A stretch of 64,000 nucleotides of DNA from a virus. Both the position numbers and the translations under genes were made by a program. The stretch is taken from IMG/VR virus record IMGVR_UViG_3300017917_002108, positions 82,605 through 146,604 of that record; one strand, 5' to 3'. The notes under the pieces are model-generated. The model worked only from the letters and a program-made list of their open reading frames with translations. It had not been told where the DNA came from and did not search any database. Below are positions 16,491-27,028 of the stretch, piece by piece. Position 1 is the stretch's first letter. Every line of letters begins with the position of its first letter.

Positions 16491-18110
16491 GTGGACAAAA
16501 AAATCAAATTTTACGATAAGAATTTTCATAGTATCAGAGAGACGATTAATGAAATAAGCGATTCGTTCTGTGCTGCAAAATGGCTTCAGGTCAGCTTACA
16601 TCTTACCAACGGTAAAACTCATAGTTGCTATCACCCCCCTACACATGATATTGACAGGCAGGATCTAGAAATAGATCCTGCTTCTTTGCATAATACCAAA
16701 CAAAAATTCATAGAAAGAAAAATGATGCTGGAAGGTCAAAGACCTCCGGGCTGCGAATATTGTTGGAAGATAGAAGATTCAGGACATATCAGTGATAGGT
16801 ATTATCGCAGCAGCGAACATTGGGCGGTTGATAAAATAGAATATATAAAAAATCTGCCCTATGATTTTTCTATCAATCCCACATATGTTGAAGTCAATTT
16901 TAATCAGACCTGCAATTTTAAATGTTGTTATTGTAGTCCTCATCTAAGCAGCACATGGCAAGAAGAGGTCGAAGAATATGGTCCTTATAAGATAAATTCT
17001 TCATTACATAATCACATAGCTACGTTACAAAATGCAGGACTCATGCCTACAGGATCAGCAACAAAAGATAATCCGTATTTAGAATCTTTCTGGAAATGGT
17101 GGCCTGATTTATATCCCAATCTAAAAGTATTTCGCATGACCGGTGGAGAACCGTTAATGGATGCAAATACTTTTAAAGTTTTAGATTATGTTATAGAGCA
17201 TCCTAATAAAGAATTAGAATTAAGTGTTACATCTAACCTTTGCCCGCCAAAAGAACTTTTTGAAAAATTCTTGACAAAAGTTAAACAATTAGATTGTGTA
17301 GACCATCGGGTAGAATGTTATGTTCCAGATCCTAAAAACGGAAAGCCTTGGCAAGAATGGCCGCACTATATTATTGGTGCAAAGAACAAAGAATATCACA
17401 GAAGCAATTTACCTTCCATAGAACGAAATGATATACCAGAGACCTTTGAAGGCATAGGTCATGCAAAAGAAAACGGAAGTTTTACATATCTATATTCTTA
17501 TAAAGATTTTGCCTGCAAACATTTTACATTATATGTAAGCCTAGATAGTGTTGATTCTCAAGCAGAATATATCAGAAATGGTTTAAATTTTTCTACCCTA
17601 GAATATAACATAGATAAATTTCTTTCAGAAACAGAGAATACTAGTATTAGTTTTATCAACACATTTAATCGATTAAGTATTCCCGGATTACGAAAATATT
17701 TAGAATTGATGTTAAAGTTACGTAGAAAATTTTCTGGATCTGCTCAGAGATTTAAAGGAACCAAGAGATTCCAGCGTATATGGTTTGATATTCCTTTATT
17801 ACGTAAACCTGAATGGTTAAGTGTATTGAATTGCGGTCCAGAAGAAATAACAGAATTAAAGAATATTCTTATCTGGATGGAAGAAAACAAGAGCAGTAAA
17901 TATGAGAAAAATTTACAAGGTTTTAGACCCTACGAAATTGAGAAGCTGAAAAGAAACATAGACGTTATAGAAAATAACAAATTTGATGAGATAACTAAAT
18001 TAAATAACAACAAAAATTTTAAAGAATTTTTCACCGAACACGATAAAAGAAGAAATACTAATTTTGAAATCAGTTTTCCAGAATTAGCAGAATGGTATAG
18101 GAATTTATAA
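16491..18110 (+). CDS. radical SAM protein with N-terminal Twitch/SPASM-like Cys module
   Basis: CNFKCCYC, TGGEP, TSN; N-terminal FCAAKW..SCYH..CEYCW. Confidence 0.85.
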   Translation: MDKKIKFYDKNFHSIRETINEISDSFCAAKWLQVSLHLTNGKTHSCYHPPTHDIDRQDLEIDPASLHNTKQKFIERKMMLEGQRPPGCEYCWKIEDSGHISDRYYRSSEHWAVDKIEYIKNLPYDFSINPTYVEVNFNQTCNFKCCYCSPHLSSTWQEEVEEYGPYKINSSLHNHIATLQNAGLMPTGSATKDNPYLESFWKWWPDLYPNLKVFRMTGGEPLMDANTFKVLDYVIEHPNKELELSVTSNLCPPKELFEKFLTKVKQLDCVDHRVECYVPDPKNGKPWQEWPHYIIGAKNKEYHRSNLPSIERNDIPETFEGIGHAKENGSFTYLYSYKDFACKHFTLYVSLDSVDSQAEYIRNGLNFSTLEYNIDKFLSETENTSISFINTFNRLSIPGLRKYLELMLKLRRKFSGSAQRFKGTKRFQRIWFDIPLLRKPEWLSVLNCGPEEITELKNILIWMEENKSSKYEKNLQGFRPYEIEKLKRNIDVIENNKFDEITKLNNNKNFKEFFTEHDKRRNTNFEISFPELAEWYRNL

Positions 18111-19501
18111 TGGGTACAAAATACATAGAGATTATTAAAGACACCAGAGACCAACTAAACACCGTAGGCAAAGGATTTTGTTTGGCTAAATGGAATATGG
18201 AAACTCTGTATCTTCATATGGGGGATAACCATAGTTGCTACCATCCCAGACCTCATAAAATTGATAAATCTCTACTGGAATCTAATCCTAGTGCCCTACA
18301 CAATACTCCGTGGAAGAAAGAGCAAAGAAAACTTATGTTAGAGGGCGGAAGGCCAGAAGAATGTTATTACTGTTGGAACATCGAAGATCTACCCGGAGAT
18401 CATATCAGCGACAGAATGAAACACAGCTCAAATCATATTCAAACATTAAAACAGATAGTAGATGCTGGATGGGAAGCAGATTACAATCCAAGGCATCTAG
18501 AAGTTAGTTTTGGTAACGGATGTAATTTTAGATGCGGATATTGCTGTCCTCAGGCCAGCAGTTCATGGATGGAAGAGATTAAAAAACACGGTAACTATGA
18601 TATAACTTATAATCAATACGGTATTGATTTTTTAGGATATAGTGAATTTTATAATAAAGATGATCCGAATCCTTATGTAGATGCGTTCTGGAAATGGTGG
18701 CCTGATCTACAAAAAGATCTCAAGGTTCTTAGGATAACAGGCGGAGAACCGTTAATGAATCCTAATACATTTAATCTCTTAGAGATGTTAGAAAAAGAAC
18801 CTGCTCCGCATCTGCAGATACATGTGAATAGTAATCTAGGTGTGACTCACCGGTTGGTTGTGAAATTAGTAGATCATGTTAAAAGATTGCTTGAAAAGAA
18901 AGCGATAAAAGATTTTAAATTGTATACAAGCATAGACACATGGGGTCCTCAGGCAGAGTATATCAGAACAAATTTAGATATCAAACTGTGGGAACAGAAC
19001 CTAAGCTATTACTTAGATAATCTTCCTCAACAAGATATAAGTTTTATGATCACGTTCAACGTACTTACGGTGACTAACTTTAGAAATTTATTAGAAAAAA
19101 TATTAGAACTTAGAACAAAATTTAAAGGTTCTCCCTGGCATCAAAGAGTACAATTCGATACACCATATTTAAAAGAGCCCCCTCATTGGATGATTAATAT
19201 ACTTCCAGAGTCATTCAACACCTATATGGATCAGCACCTCGAGTTCATCAAAGACAATCTTATTAGAGACCCGGGAGACATCGGATTTAACGAAATAGAA
19301 TACGAAGTGTTCAAAAGAGTTAGAGACTATATGAAAGAAAATCCAGTTGATCCTAAAAAAATCTCTCAAGGACGTAGAGATTTCTATGTGTTCTTTAATG
19401 AAACTGATAAACGCAACGGTACAAAGTTTCACGAAGTATTTCCAGAGTACATAGAATTCATGGAACTTTGTAAACAAGAATATTTAAATTATGACAAATA
19501 A
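18110..19501 (+). CDS. radical SAM protein with N-terminal Twitch/SPASM-like Cys module
   Basis: CNFRCGYC, TGGEP, NSN, SID; N-terminal FCLAKW..SCYH..CYYCW. Confidence 0.85.
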   Translation: MGTKYIEIIKDTRDQLNTVGKGFCLAKWNMETLYLHMGDNHSCYHPRPHKIDKSLLESNPSALHNTPWKKEQRKLMLEGGRPEECYYCWNIEDLPGDHISDRMKHSSNHIQTLKQIVDAGWEADYNPRHLEVSFGNGCNFRCGYCCPQASSSWMEEIKKHGNYDITYNQYGIDFLGYSEFYNKDDPNPYVDAFWKWWPDLQKDLKVLRITGGEPLMNPNTFNLLEMLEKEPAPHLQIHVNSNLGVTHRLVVKLVDHVKRLLEKKAIKDFKLYTSIDTWGPQAEYIRTNLDIKLWEQNLSYYLDNLPQQDISFMITFNVLTVTNFRNLLEKILELRTKFKGSPWHQRVQFDTPYLKEPPHWMINILPESFNTYMDQHLEFIKDNLIRDPGDIGFNEIEYEVFKRVRDYMKENPVDPKKISQGRRDFYVFFNETDKRNGTKFHEVFPEYIEFMELCKQEYLNYDK

Positions 19502-20660
19502 AACGCCTATATACTGTGTAAATGCATATCATACTCTAAGTATTAATTCGGTTGGCACCTGTAAAAGTTGCTGTATGGCAGACGGTGGAACTGAATGGGG
19601 TCAAAGAGTATCCGATACACCGTTAGATGTTATATGGGAAGATCCTTATTTCTTGGATATAAGGAAGTCTCTTGCAGAAGGAATAAGACATCCTGCATGT
19701 AAGAAATGTTGGGAAGAAGAGGATGCTGGAAGACATAGTAAACGTATAAGAGATAACGATAAAAAATTTGGATTTACGCCCTCTGATAAGATCAAGATAG
19801 TTGAACTCAATCTAGGAAATACCTGTAATATACAATGTCGTACATGCCACCCTTACAGCAGTAGCAAATGGCTCAAAGAATATTATGTGACAAATAATAT
19901 AGATATTACTTACAAAAAATTTCTAACCAATGCAAAGGTCTATAACGACTGCTGGGAAGACGATAGCCTGGTATGGTCAGAACTAAACAAGATCGGTAAA
20001 GATATAGAAAGAATAGAATTTTATGGCGGTGAACCTTTCCTTTTAAAACAACAATGGAAATTTTTACAAAAATGTGTAGATGAAGGTTGGTCAAAAAATC
20101 AAATGATACATTACAATACCAACGGTACTACATGGCACGAAGAGAATATTAAATTATTCGAACATTTCAAATATGTGGATGTAGGTTTTAGTATAGATGG
20201 TGTGGGCGAACAATTTGAATTTATGCGATATCTGGCCAAATGGGATGTTGTTTTAGAGAATTTACAAAAAGCTAAAAAATTTCAAGAAGGCAAATCAAAT
20301 GTTTGGTTTGACATCTGTCATACTATCAGTTCATTGAATGTTTACTACATACCAGAATTCATAGAATATTTTGGTAAAGATTGGCGTATATATCTTAATC
20401 TTGTTCATTGGCCTGACTATTATGCCATCACCATCTTTCCAGATGCTATCAAAGAATTAATTATAAAAAAATTAGATTCAATTAGTGAAATAGATCATAA
20501 TCAAATTGTTGGAATTAAAAATCTTGTGGCCAACGGAAAATTTGATCCGAAAATCTGGGAAGAATTCAAAAACAGAATCACAATCCATGACGAATTTAGA
20601 GGACAAGATTATTATAAAACATTTCCTGAATTTGGATCGATTATAAGGAATCACGGATGA
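19491..20660 (+). CDS. radical SAM protein with N-terminal Twitch/SPASM-like Cys module
   Basis: CNIQCRTC, GGEP, NTNG, SIDG; N-terminal YC..SCC..CKKCW. Confidence 0.85.
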   Translation: MTNKTPIYCVNAYHTLSINSVGTCKSCCMADGGTEWGQRVSDTPLDVIWEDPYFLDIRKSLAEGIRHPACKKCWEEEDAGRHSKRIRDNDKKFGFTPSDKIKIVELNLGNTCNIQCRTCHPYSSSKWLKEYYVTNNIDITYKKFLTNAKVYNDCWEDDSLVWSELNKIGKDIERIEFYGGEPFLLKQQWKFLQKCVDEGWSKNQMIHYNTNGTTWHEENIKLFEHFKYVDVGFSIDGVGEQFEFMRYLAKWDVVLENLQKAKKFQEGKSNVWFDICHTISSLNVYYIPEFIEYFGKDWRIYLNLVHWPDYYAITIFPDAIKELIIKKLDSISEIDHNQIVGIKNLVANGKFDPKIWEEFKNRITIHDEFRGQDYYKTFPEFGSIIRNHG

Positions 20661-21895
20661 AATTTTGGACTACAGATAATGTCATACAAGTACATGTAGA
20701 ATTATCAACATTTTGTAATGCCGCATGTCCTAAGTGTCCTAGGTATATTGATGGAACGATGGTTCTACGTCCAGGATTAGAACTTGAACAAATTACCTTA
20801 GAAAAATTTAAAAAATATTTTAATGAAACATTCATAAGGCAGACCACTCAATGGTTATTCTGTGGTACACACGGAGATCCAATGATGGCCAAGGACGCCA
20901 TAGACATATTTGAATATTTGTACTCTATTAATAATGATCTTCAAATCAGAATCAATACCAATGGCGGGATGCGCAATGAGAAAGACTGGAGACGATTAGG
21001 AGAGCTTTCTAAGAAAGTTAATAATAGATTTACCATAACTTTCAGCATTGATGGTCTAGAAGATACAAATCATTTATATCGCAGAAATGTTGATTGGGCC
21101 ACGCTAATTAGAAATGTTAAATCTTATATAAATGCTGGCGGTAGGGCCACTTGGGATTTTTTAGTTTTTAAGCATAATCAACATCAGATCGAAGAAGCAA
21201 AACAATTAGCAGCAGATTGGGGCTTTTCGGAGTTCGCTCCTAAAAGAGCATTAGGTTTTGAGTATGACGGAAATATAAGAGATGTGCCTGTATGGGACGA
21301 AAATGGCAATTACACCCATACATTAGAAGCATCTACAAATCCGGAATTTACCAATCATACACCTGATCAAATTAAATCTGTGGTCAAAATGCCCACAGAA
21401 AGTCTAGTTACATTTTATAAAAATAATAGAGATATACTTAAAGAAAAACATATCAACGAAATGAAACAATGGGATGGATTAAATTGGAACGACCAAATAT
21501 ACGATTATTCCAAGTATAACGAAAAAGTTATAAATTGCAAATCAAACATTGTTTCTATGCATAAAGGAAAAGTTATCTACGGTTCAGAGATTTTCTTAAC
21601 GGCAGGCGGTATTGTTGGTCCATGCTGTTATATAGGTACTCAGTTCGATGTTACCTATAGAACTGTAGAAGTACATCAATTACAAAAAAAGATATATGAG
21701 TACGGAGTTGATAATTTTAATCTAAACAAAAAAACTCTTCACGATATCCTCGAAGAAGGTCATCTAAACAATTTGTATGCTTCGTCGTGGGATAAACAAA
21801 ATAATCAAAGAATATTATATTGTTCGCATACTTGCGGTGAAAATAGTCATATCGATCGAATCTGGAACGAAGAAGCTCGTGCTAAGTTCGATTAG
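20657..21895 (+). CDS. radical SAM protein with C-terminal Twitch-like module
   Basis: CNAACPKC, G..GDP, NTNGG, FSIDG; C-terminal PCCY..CSHTC. Confidence 0.85.
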   Translation: MKFWTTDNVIQVHVELSTFCNAACPKCPRYIDGTMVLRPGLELEQITLEKFKKYFNETFIRQTTQWLFCGTHGDPMMAKDAIDIFEYLYSINNDLQIRINTNGGMRNEKDWRRLGELSKKVNNRFTITFSIDGLEDTNHLYRRNVDWATLIRNVKSYINAGGRATWDFLVFKHNQHQIEEAKQLAADWGFSEFAPKRALGFEYDGNIRDVPVWDENGNYTHTLEASTNPEFTNHTPDQIKSVVKMPTESLVTFYKNNRDILKEKHINEMKQWDGLNWNDQIYDYSKYNEKVINCKSNIVSMHKGKVIYGSEIFLTAGGIVGPCCYIGTQFDVTYRTVEVHQLQKKIYEYGVDNFNLNKKTLHDILEEGHLNNLYASSWDKQNNQRILYCSHTCGENSHIDRIWNEEARAKFD

Positions 21896-23882
21896 CGTTT
21901 TCTAATTCGAACTGTTGATATAACCAATCAAAATCGTTGATCTTTCTTAATTGATCAGGATTGTCTAAATTATCTATACCAAACTTCTTTCCTGCTCTAG
22001 CACCCGATATGGCATACTCCCCGTAAGGCATATTCTTTCCCACAATACACCAGATATCTATTCTATCATCTGTTTCTTCTTGATAATTTCTATCAATCGA
22101 TTTACTGACTAGTTTACAGACTTCTCTGAAAGCAGATTTCCATGTATTGAAGGGATCTGTATTAAATGCAGTATAGTTGCTGACTTCTTTCATAATACGA
22201 ATTTTTTCGCTTATACTGGTGGTCATATCAACACTATTCATATTCATATCTAACACAGCCTGCTTAGGTAGCAACTTGACTCCACCATAACCGTATTCTA
22301 ATCCGTTAATAGGATTTCTACTATGCCAGATATGTACTATATCTCTATCCCATTTGTGTAATAATAAATCAAATTTGAATTCGTCAATGATATCAGCGTC
22401 GCCGTCGACTACATAAAACATAGGTGTAGTTGACAATTTCGCAGCTTCTCTATGAGCATTGTGAATTCCTTTAACTCCGTGAACACGCTTTGCTCTAGGA
22501 AATCTAGATATTAATTTATCGTAGTTATAATCCGCATTTGGTTCATTGTAACTAATAAAAATTATGTCATAGGGCTTAAGTTCACTGGCAACGATGTCGT
22601 GCTCTTTTTTATCAATTAGATATCTATGGTCAATCTCTTTAGCGGTTACAGGAATATTTTTAGACACCAACATAAGACCGCTGTATTTGATTTCACTCAC
22701 ATCTCGATTCAGAAAAACATGATTAAATTTTCTTTCGCTGCTGTTGTGAGAAAATAATGAATTAAAATCAAAATCTTCTAAAGGTTGAATTTCATTAGGG
22801 ATAATCCAAAATAATTCAGTTCTTGTTTTTTCGCAAGCTGAAAGATAATCTTGATAACTTTCAATTTCAAATCGATCAAACGGTATTGTTTGAGAACAAA
22901 CGATGTTGTGTTCTTTCTTATCGATAAAAAATCTATGATCAAACTCTTTTTTAGAGACGGGTTTCTCAGTGGTAAAAAGAACTATACCACTGACATATGA
23001 TTCTTCTTCGACAACTTTATTTTTGAAAATATGATTAATAGATCTATCAAAATCGTATTCACCATTAAACGGATCGTAGTACAAATCAAATATATCTGTA
23101 TTATTGACTTCGACATCTTCCCACACGCACCAGAAAAGAGGTTGTTGTTCTTGAGCAATTATTTTTAAATAGTCTTCATAATTTTTAATCGTATACCTAT
23201 TATATCGATACCTGCTTGCGACAGAATCGTATTCTTTTTTATTGATTAAAAATCGATGATCAATTTCTTTCTTTGATGCTGGCTTATTTTTTGAAAATAA
23301 TACTGGACCGCTTACAAAAGATTCAGTGGTCATGCATAGATTTTTAAAAACATGATTTTCATTTCTATCATAGCTGTTATGATGACTAAAATAGATTTTG
23401 AAAATCTGCTCATTTATAATTTCTGTATTGTTCCATATCGCCCAAAACATGTCGGTACTAGATGTATCCAATGCTCGAATATAATCATCATAATTTCCTA
23501 TCTTAAAAACTTCGTATTTTTTAGGACGGCTAGCAACAACATTGAATTCTTTCTTATTAATATAAAATCTATGATTAAATTCTTTTTGTGTGATTTTGGT
23601 TTCTTTGGAAAATAGCCCGATACCATCATAGCTGTCCCCGTTCAACCAAAGATGTATGTAGCTCTCATCCCATTTAGATACTCTATGATCAAAATTAAAT
23701 GTATTTTCGACAACTAGATCGTCCCATACTATCCAAAAAAATCTAGTAAAGGCCTTGTTCCTAATATCTTCGAATGATGCAACATTTTCTATTTTTTGAG
23801 CAGATGGAAATCTCGAACGAAACTGTTGCCAATCGTTATCATTGATTTCTTTTTTGCTGGTATAAAATATATCGTAAATCAT
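21882..23882 (-). CDS. GT-A-like glycosyltransferase with four N-terminal tandem degenerate domains
   Basis: C-terminal YDIIFISYNEPNAD..VVDGDA (DxD)..YGYGGVKL..WKSAFRE; repeats each ending KE..HR..I.KKE...V.S. Confidence 0.65.
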   Translation of the reverse strand: MIYDIFYTSKKEINDNDWQQFRSRFPSAQKIENVASFEDIRNKAFTRFFWIVWDDLVVENTFNFDHRVSKWDESYIHLWLNGDSYDGIGLFSKETKITQKEFNHRFYINKKEFNVVASRPKKYEVFKIGNYDDYIRALDTSSTDMFWAIWNNTEIINEQIFKIYFSHHNSYDRNENHVFKNLCMTTESFVSGPVLFSKNKPASKKEIDHRFLINKKEYDSVASRYRYNRYTIKNYEDYLKIIAQEQQPLFWCVWEDVEVNNTDIFDLYYDPFNGEYDFDRSINHIFKNKVVEEESYVSGIVLFTTEKPVSKKEFDHRFFIDKKEHNIVCSQTIPFDRFEIESYQDYLSACEKTRTELFWIIPNEIQPLEDFDFNSLFSHNSSERKFNHVFLNRDVSEIKYSGLMLVSKNIPVTAKEIDHRYLIDKKEHDIVASELKPYDIIFISYNEPNADYNYDKLISRFPRAKRVHGVKGIHNAHREAAKLSTTPMFYVVDGDADIIDEFKFDLLLHKWDRDIVHIWHSRNPINGLEYGYGGVKLLPKQAVLDMNMNSVDMTTSISEKIRIMKEVSNYTAFNTDPFNTWKSAFREVCKLVSKSIDRNYQEETDDRIDIWCIVGKNMPYGEYAISGARAGKKFGIDNLDNPDQLRKINDFDWLYQQFELENANRT
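22572..23882 (-). repeat. four ~105-120-aa tandem protein-level repeats
   Basis: Recurring FW.(V/I)W...H.F.N...G..LF.K...KE(F/I).HR..I.KKE motif seen four times. Confidence 0.8.
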
Positions 23883-24757
23883 TTTAGATATGTGTTTGTT
23901 AACTTAATGGTTTCGTTATACAACTCTAATGTATATTTGCTTTGACGAGAATCTAACCAAGGATAATCTAATCCTAATTCTGTTTTAATTTTAACGGCAA
24001 GGTCCTGGGCATCTTCTTCTACAAAGGTATGATTAACCTTTGTTTCATATATCTCTCTTAACATTTCAAAATCTCTAACATCGACATAGTTCCAATCTGT
24101 ACAATTAGTCATCCATGTTCCCATTCGAGCACCAAGAATAGCATACTTCCCATTTTCTTCATGTGCGCCTATAGTTGACCAAATCTTTAATCTATGAAGA
24201 TTATGCCACCATATGCGTTCTTTAATTTCATCTGCGGGAATTCTTACCCCGTCAAGCAGAGTCATTTTGACACCTTCACGGAATCCTGCTCGCCATGCTT
24301 GGAATGGACTGCCTGTTATAACTGTATCACTATACGACTCTTTAAATTGTACGTATCCATCTTCCCAACAAAAATCTACTTGAGCTCTGTCAGTATCACT
24401 GGCTTCATGAGTCTTCATATTGAGTATGAAATCTTTTTTCCATATTTTTACTCCGCCATTCCCATACAATAGACCATTTAATCGATTTCTTCCTAACCAA
24501 CTATAGACCTGTATCTTGGGATCAGAAAAATCTAATTCTAAATTAAAAAATTTATTGTCTACAATATTATCTGCGTCTATGGTAATTACCCAATCTGTTT
24601 CGGATGACTGAGCCGCTGCCTTATGGGCTGCGTCGCTGCCTTTTACTCCGTGAATGCGTTTAGCCCAAGGTACCTTATTACATAGATCCGCATAATGCAG
24701 ATCTGCATTAGGTTCGTCGTAACTCAAAAAGAATAGATCTAACTCAACAGCTTTCAT
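23879..24757 (-). CDS. GT-A-like glycosyltransferase (paralogue of the downstream gene's catalytic domain)
   Basis: FLSYDEPNAD, RIHGVKG, IDADN (DxD), YGNGGVK, WRAGFRE. Confidence 0.7.
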   Translation of the reverse strand: MKAVELDLFFLSYDEPNADLHYADLCNKVPWAKRIHGVKGSDAAHKAAAQSSETDWVITIDADNIVDNKFFNLELDFSDPKIQVYSWLGRNRLNGLLYGNGGVKIWKKDFILNMKTHEASDTDRAQVDFCWEDGYVQFKESYSDTVITGSPFQAWRAGFREGVKMTLLDGVRIPADEIKERIWWHNLHRLKIWSTIGAHEENGKYAILGARMGTWMTNCTDWNYVDVRDFEMLREIYETKVNHTFVEEDAQDLAVKIKTELGLDYPWLDSRQSKYTLELYNETIKLTNTYLK

Positions 24758-25344
24758 AGTTTTTCAAAAATATAATTATCAAAAATTCTTCGTGTATAAA
24801 GACTAAATTTTTCAGTCGGTGCTATCTTTACATGTTTTGGCCTATCGATAAGATCGCCTATTCTTAGACTGATCATTTCTAATAAAATATTAGGATCATT
24901 ATATCCTGTTACTAGAAATATCATTTCAGTTTCACCCGACCAAATAAATTTAGTGTGTTTAGGATCTATTGAAAAAATTAACTCTTGATCTTCCTCGATA
25001 TATTGTACCAATATGTCAGGATCTTGCACAGTAGACCATTGTTTTTCTATAATTCTATGTAACACATCATCTATTTTTATAAGATTATGGGTGGCAAATT
25101 TACTTAATTTAAAAAACTTTTTGGTCGGAATATCTACTCTATAGGAAAACAGACTTTCTTGACCAGTCAAAATTTTATGTGCTTCTTCTTCATCTATTTT
25201 GATTTTATCTAAAAGATCTATACTGCCCTTATGAGGAATAACCGACGTGACGAATCCGTCCTCGTTGAAAATAGCATAAAATTCAGTAGGTGTTGATTCT
25301 TGGATCAATATCCATTCGTCAAAATCCATTAGTTCTTGTTCCAT
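24754..25344 (-). CDS. hypothetical protein in glycosyltransferase cassette
   Basis: 196-aa ORF overlapping both neighbours. Confidence 0.7.
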   Translation of the reverse strand: MEQELMDFDEWILIQESTPTEFYAIFNEDGFVTSVIPHKGSIDLLDKIKIDEEEAHKILTGQESLFSYRVDIPTKKFFKLSKFATHNLIKIDDVLHRIIEKQWSTVQDPDILVQYIEEDQELIFSIDPKHTKFIWSGETEMIFLVTGYNDPNILLEMISLRIGDLIDRPKHVKIAPTEKFSLYTRRIFDNYIFEKL

Positions 25345-26171
25345 GCTATGTCCTCTAATAAACTAATAATTTCGTCTGTGATTAAATCCTTCTCTACATA
25401 ATGAACTAAATCGGTCTGATTATAATTACCGATTTTGAGTTCGCCTGTGGGTTTGAAATAAAAACCTGCATGTTCTGTAACACGATCTGCCGACCAAGGC
25501 CAATTCTGTACCATAGGCTTGAGATGAACTACCTTAGGAAAATCTAAATCATAAGATATTTCGTCCGTGATATCTAGAAGTTTTGATGATAAAGCGAATG
25601 CCTCGTCAGTTCCTACAATTTTAGGTTTCAATTTATCTAAAAATATATTTTTAAATTCTAAAGGATTAGAAATTATAAATCTTCCCAATTCAAAAAATTC
25701 TCTAGAGATAGTGCTGTCTTTTTTAAAATATGTATAAAGAGAATATAGATTAGGTAATTCATTGGCCGTAAAAGTTTTTCTATAAAAATCGTCTGATATT
25801 ATTTCGCCTCTATATGTATAAGATTTATTGCATATATACAATTCGCAATTTTCTACAAAATAATCAACCCAATGACTATAATCTCTAATAAAGATCATAT
25901 CGGCATCAATACAAATTGTATGTTCGAAAGGAGATAATTGATCCATCCAAGATCTACCATTCCAAAAAGTCTGCTCTCTCCATTCGATTACATGATCAAA
26001 CACCCAAGGACTTTTTATTTTATCTAGTTGACTTTTATCATCTATAACTAAAGCTACTTTATCATAGCCTTCTTTTTGTGTATTTTTAATACTGAGTGCG
26101 GCAGCATAGGCACACTTTAGATAATCAAAATCTTGATGAGCAGAGACAATAATCAAATAACCAAAGTTCAT
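25329..26171 (-). CDS. GT8-like glycosyltransferase
   Basis: DY..CA..AA.SIK, SPFEHTICIDADM (DxD), TDEAFAL, VHLK. Confidence 0.7.
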   Translation of the reverse strand: MNFGYLIIVSAHQDFDYLKCAYAAALSIKNTQKEGYDKVALVIDDKSQLDKIKSPWVFDHVIEWREQTFWNGRSWMDQLSPFEHTICIDADMIFIRDYSHWVDYFVENCELYICNKSYTYRGEIISDDFYRKTFTANELPNLYSLYTYFKKDSTISREFFELGRFIISNPLEFKNIFLDKLKPKIVGTDEAFALSSKLLDITDEISYDLDFPKVVHLKPMVQNWPWSADRVTEHAGFYFKPTGELKIGNYNQTDLVHYVEKDLITDEIISLLEDIAWNKN

Positions 26172-27028
26172 ATAATTTCCATTAGTCTCTCTTTGTTTCT
26201 AATTATACTTTGTTTATTCATAACATGTATATCGATTCCTTCGGTAGCTGCCGCCCAAAAACTACCGCAATCGTTGGGTTTATCAATTAAATGTACAAGT
26301 TTATTTCCATCCACCGATAATAAAATATCTTTATCATAAACAGACAGCACAGGAGGTAATGAATATATCTGATCTACTTCGTATCCGTTCATAATATGAC
26401 GGGCCACACTAAATGCTATATCATTTCTAAACTGTCTGGGATCAAATCTATAAAGATCTGCATAGTACCTATAATTGTCTCTGACAAAGTTTACCAAGTG
26501 AAAAAAGAATTTACTTTCTTGACTTTTATCGAACATAACAGTTGTGGCCCAAAACATATGAATACCTGTCTCCGAGACTCTACGATCTAAAACGCCAATG
26601 CGTTCTCCTGTTATATCATTTATGGTTTGACCCATGATTACTGGCGAATCAACATTCCAGTATTCATTTAGGCTATTTGAAAAAATTAAAAAATCAGAAT
26701 CGATCAAAAGTGTTTTATCATAGGGACTTAGGTCCCATGCTGAATATCTATTAGAATTTTCAAATGGAATGTTCTGGCTATCGAATCCGTCGTGTAGTTT
26801 TCTATAATTTTTTGTTACCGGTTTTTCTACTTCTATTATCTTGTCAAATATTTCTAATGCTTTATCTTTATTTCCAGACTCGGTCATCCATTCAAGGGTA
26901 TACTTGTCAGTTACTAGGCTGACCGGAACATTTAAATTTTTCTTAGCCAACCCTCCGGCTATAATCGCCATTAATCCGTAATCCACACTAGGATTGTTAT
27001 GAGCGAAGATCAATACACCGTTGTTCAT
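26168..27028 (-). CDS. GT8-like glycosyltransferase
   Basis: GVLIFAHN, SPYDKTLLIDSDF (DxD), RNDIAFSVA, HVMNK. Confidence 0.7.
   Translation of the reverse strand: MNNGVLIFAHNNPSVDYGLMAIIAGGLAKKNLNVPVSLVTDKYTLEWMTESGNKDKALEIFDKIIEVEKPVTKNYRKLHDGFDSQNIPFENSNRYSAWDLSPYDKTLLIDSDFLIFSNSLNEYWNVDSPVIMGQTINDITGERIGVLDRRVSETGIHMFWATTVMFDKSQESKFFFHLVNFVRDNYRYYADLYRFDPRQFRNDIAFSVARHIMNGYEVDQIYSLPPVLSVYDKDILLSVDGNKLVHLIDKPNDCGSFWAAATEGIDIHVMNKQSIIRNKERLMEII

Noticed and set aside
17290-17515. Intein in the first radical SAM gene
   Set aside because: The insert is only ~75 aa and has no terminal HN followed by C/S/T, and no recognisable splicing blocks
1058-20847. Short minus-strand and alternate-frame ORFs within the plus-strand block (e.g. 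5715-6194, 6050-6412, 12973-13299)
   Set aside because: They lie essentially within well-supported genes and show no independent coding signals
21882-21895. Intrinsic terminator at the convergence of the two operons
   Set aside because: The ORFs overlap by 14 bp and no convincing GC-rich stem with a U-tract is visible
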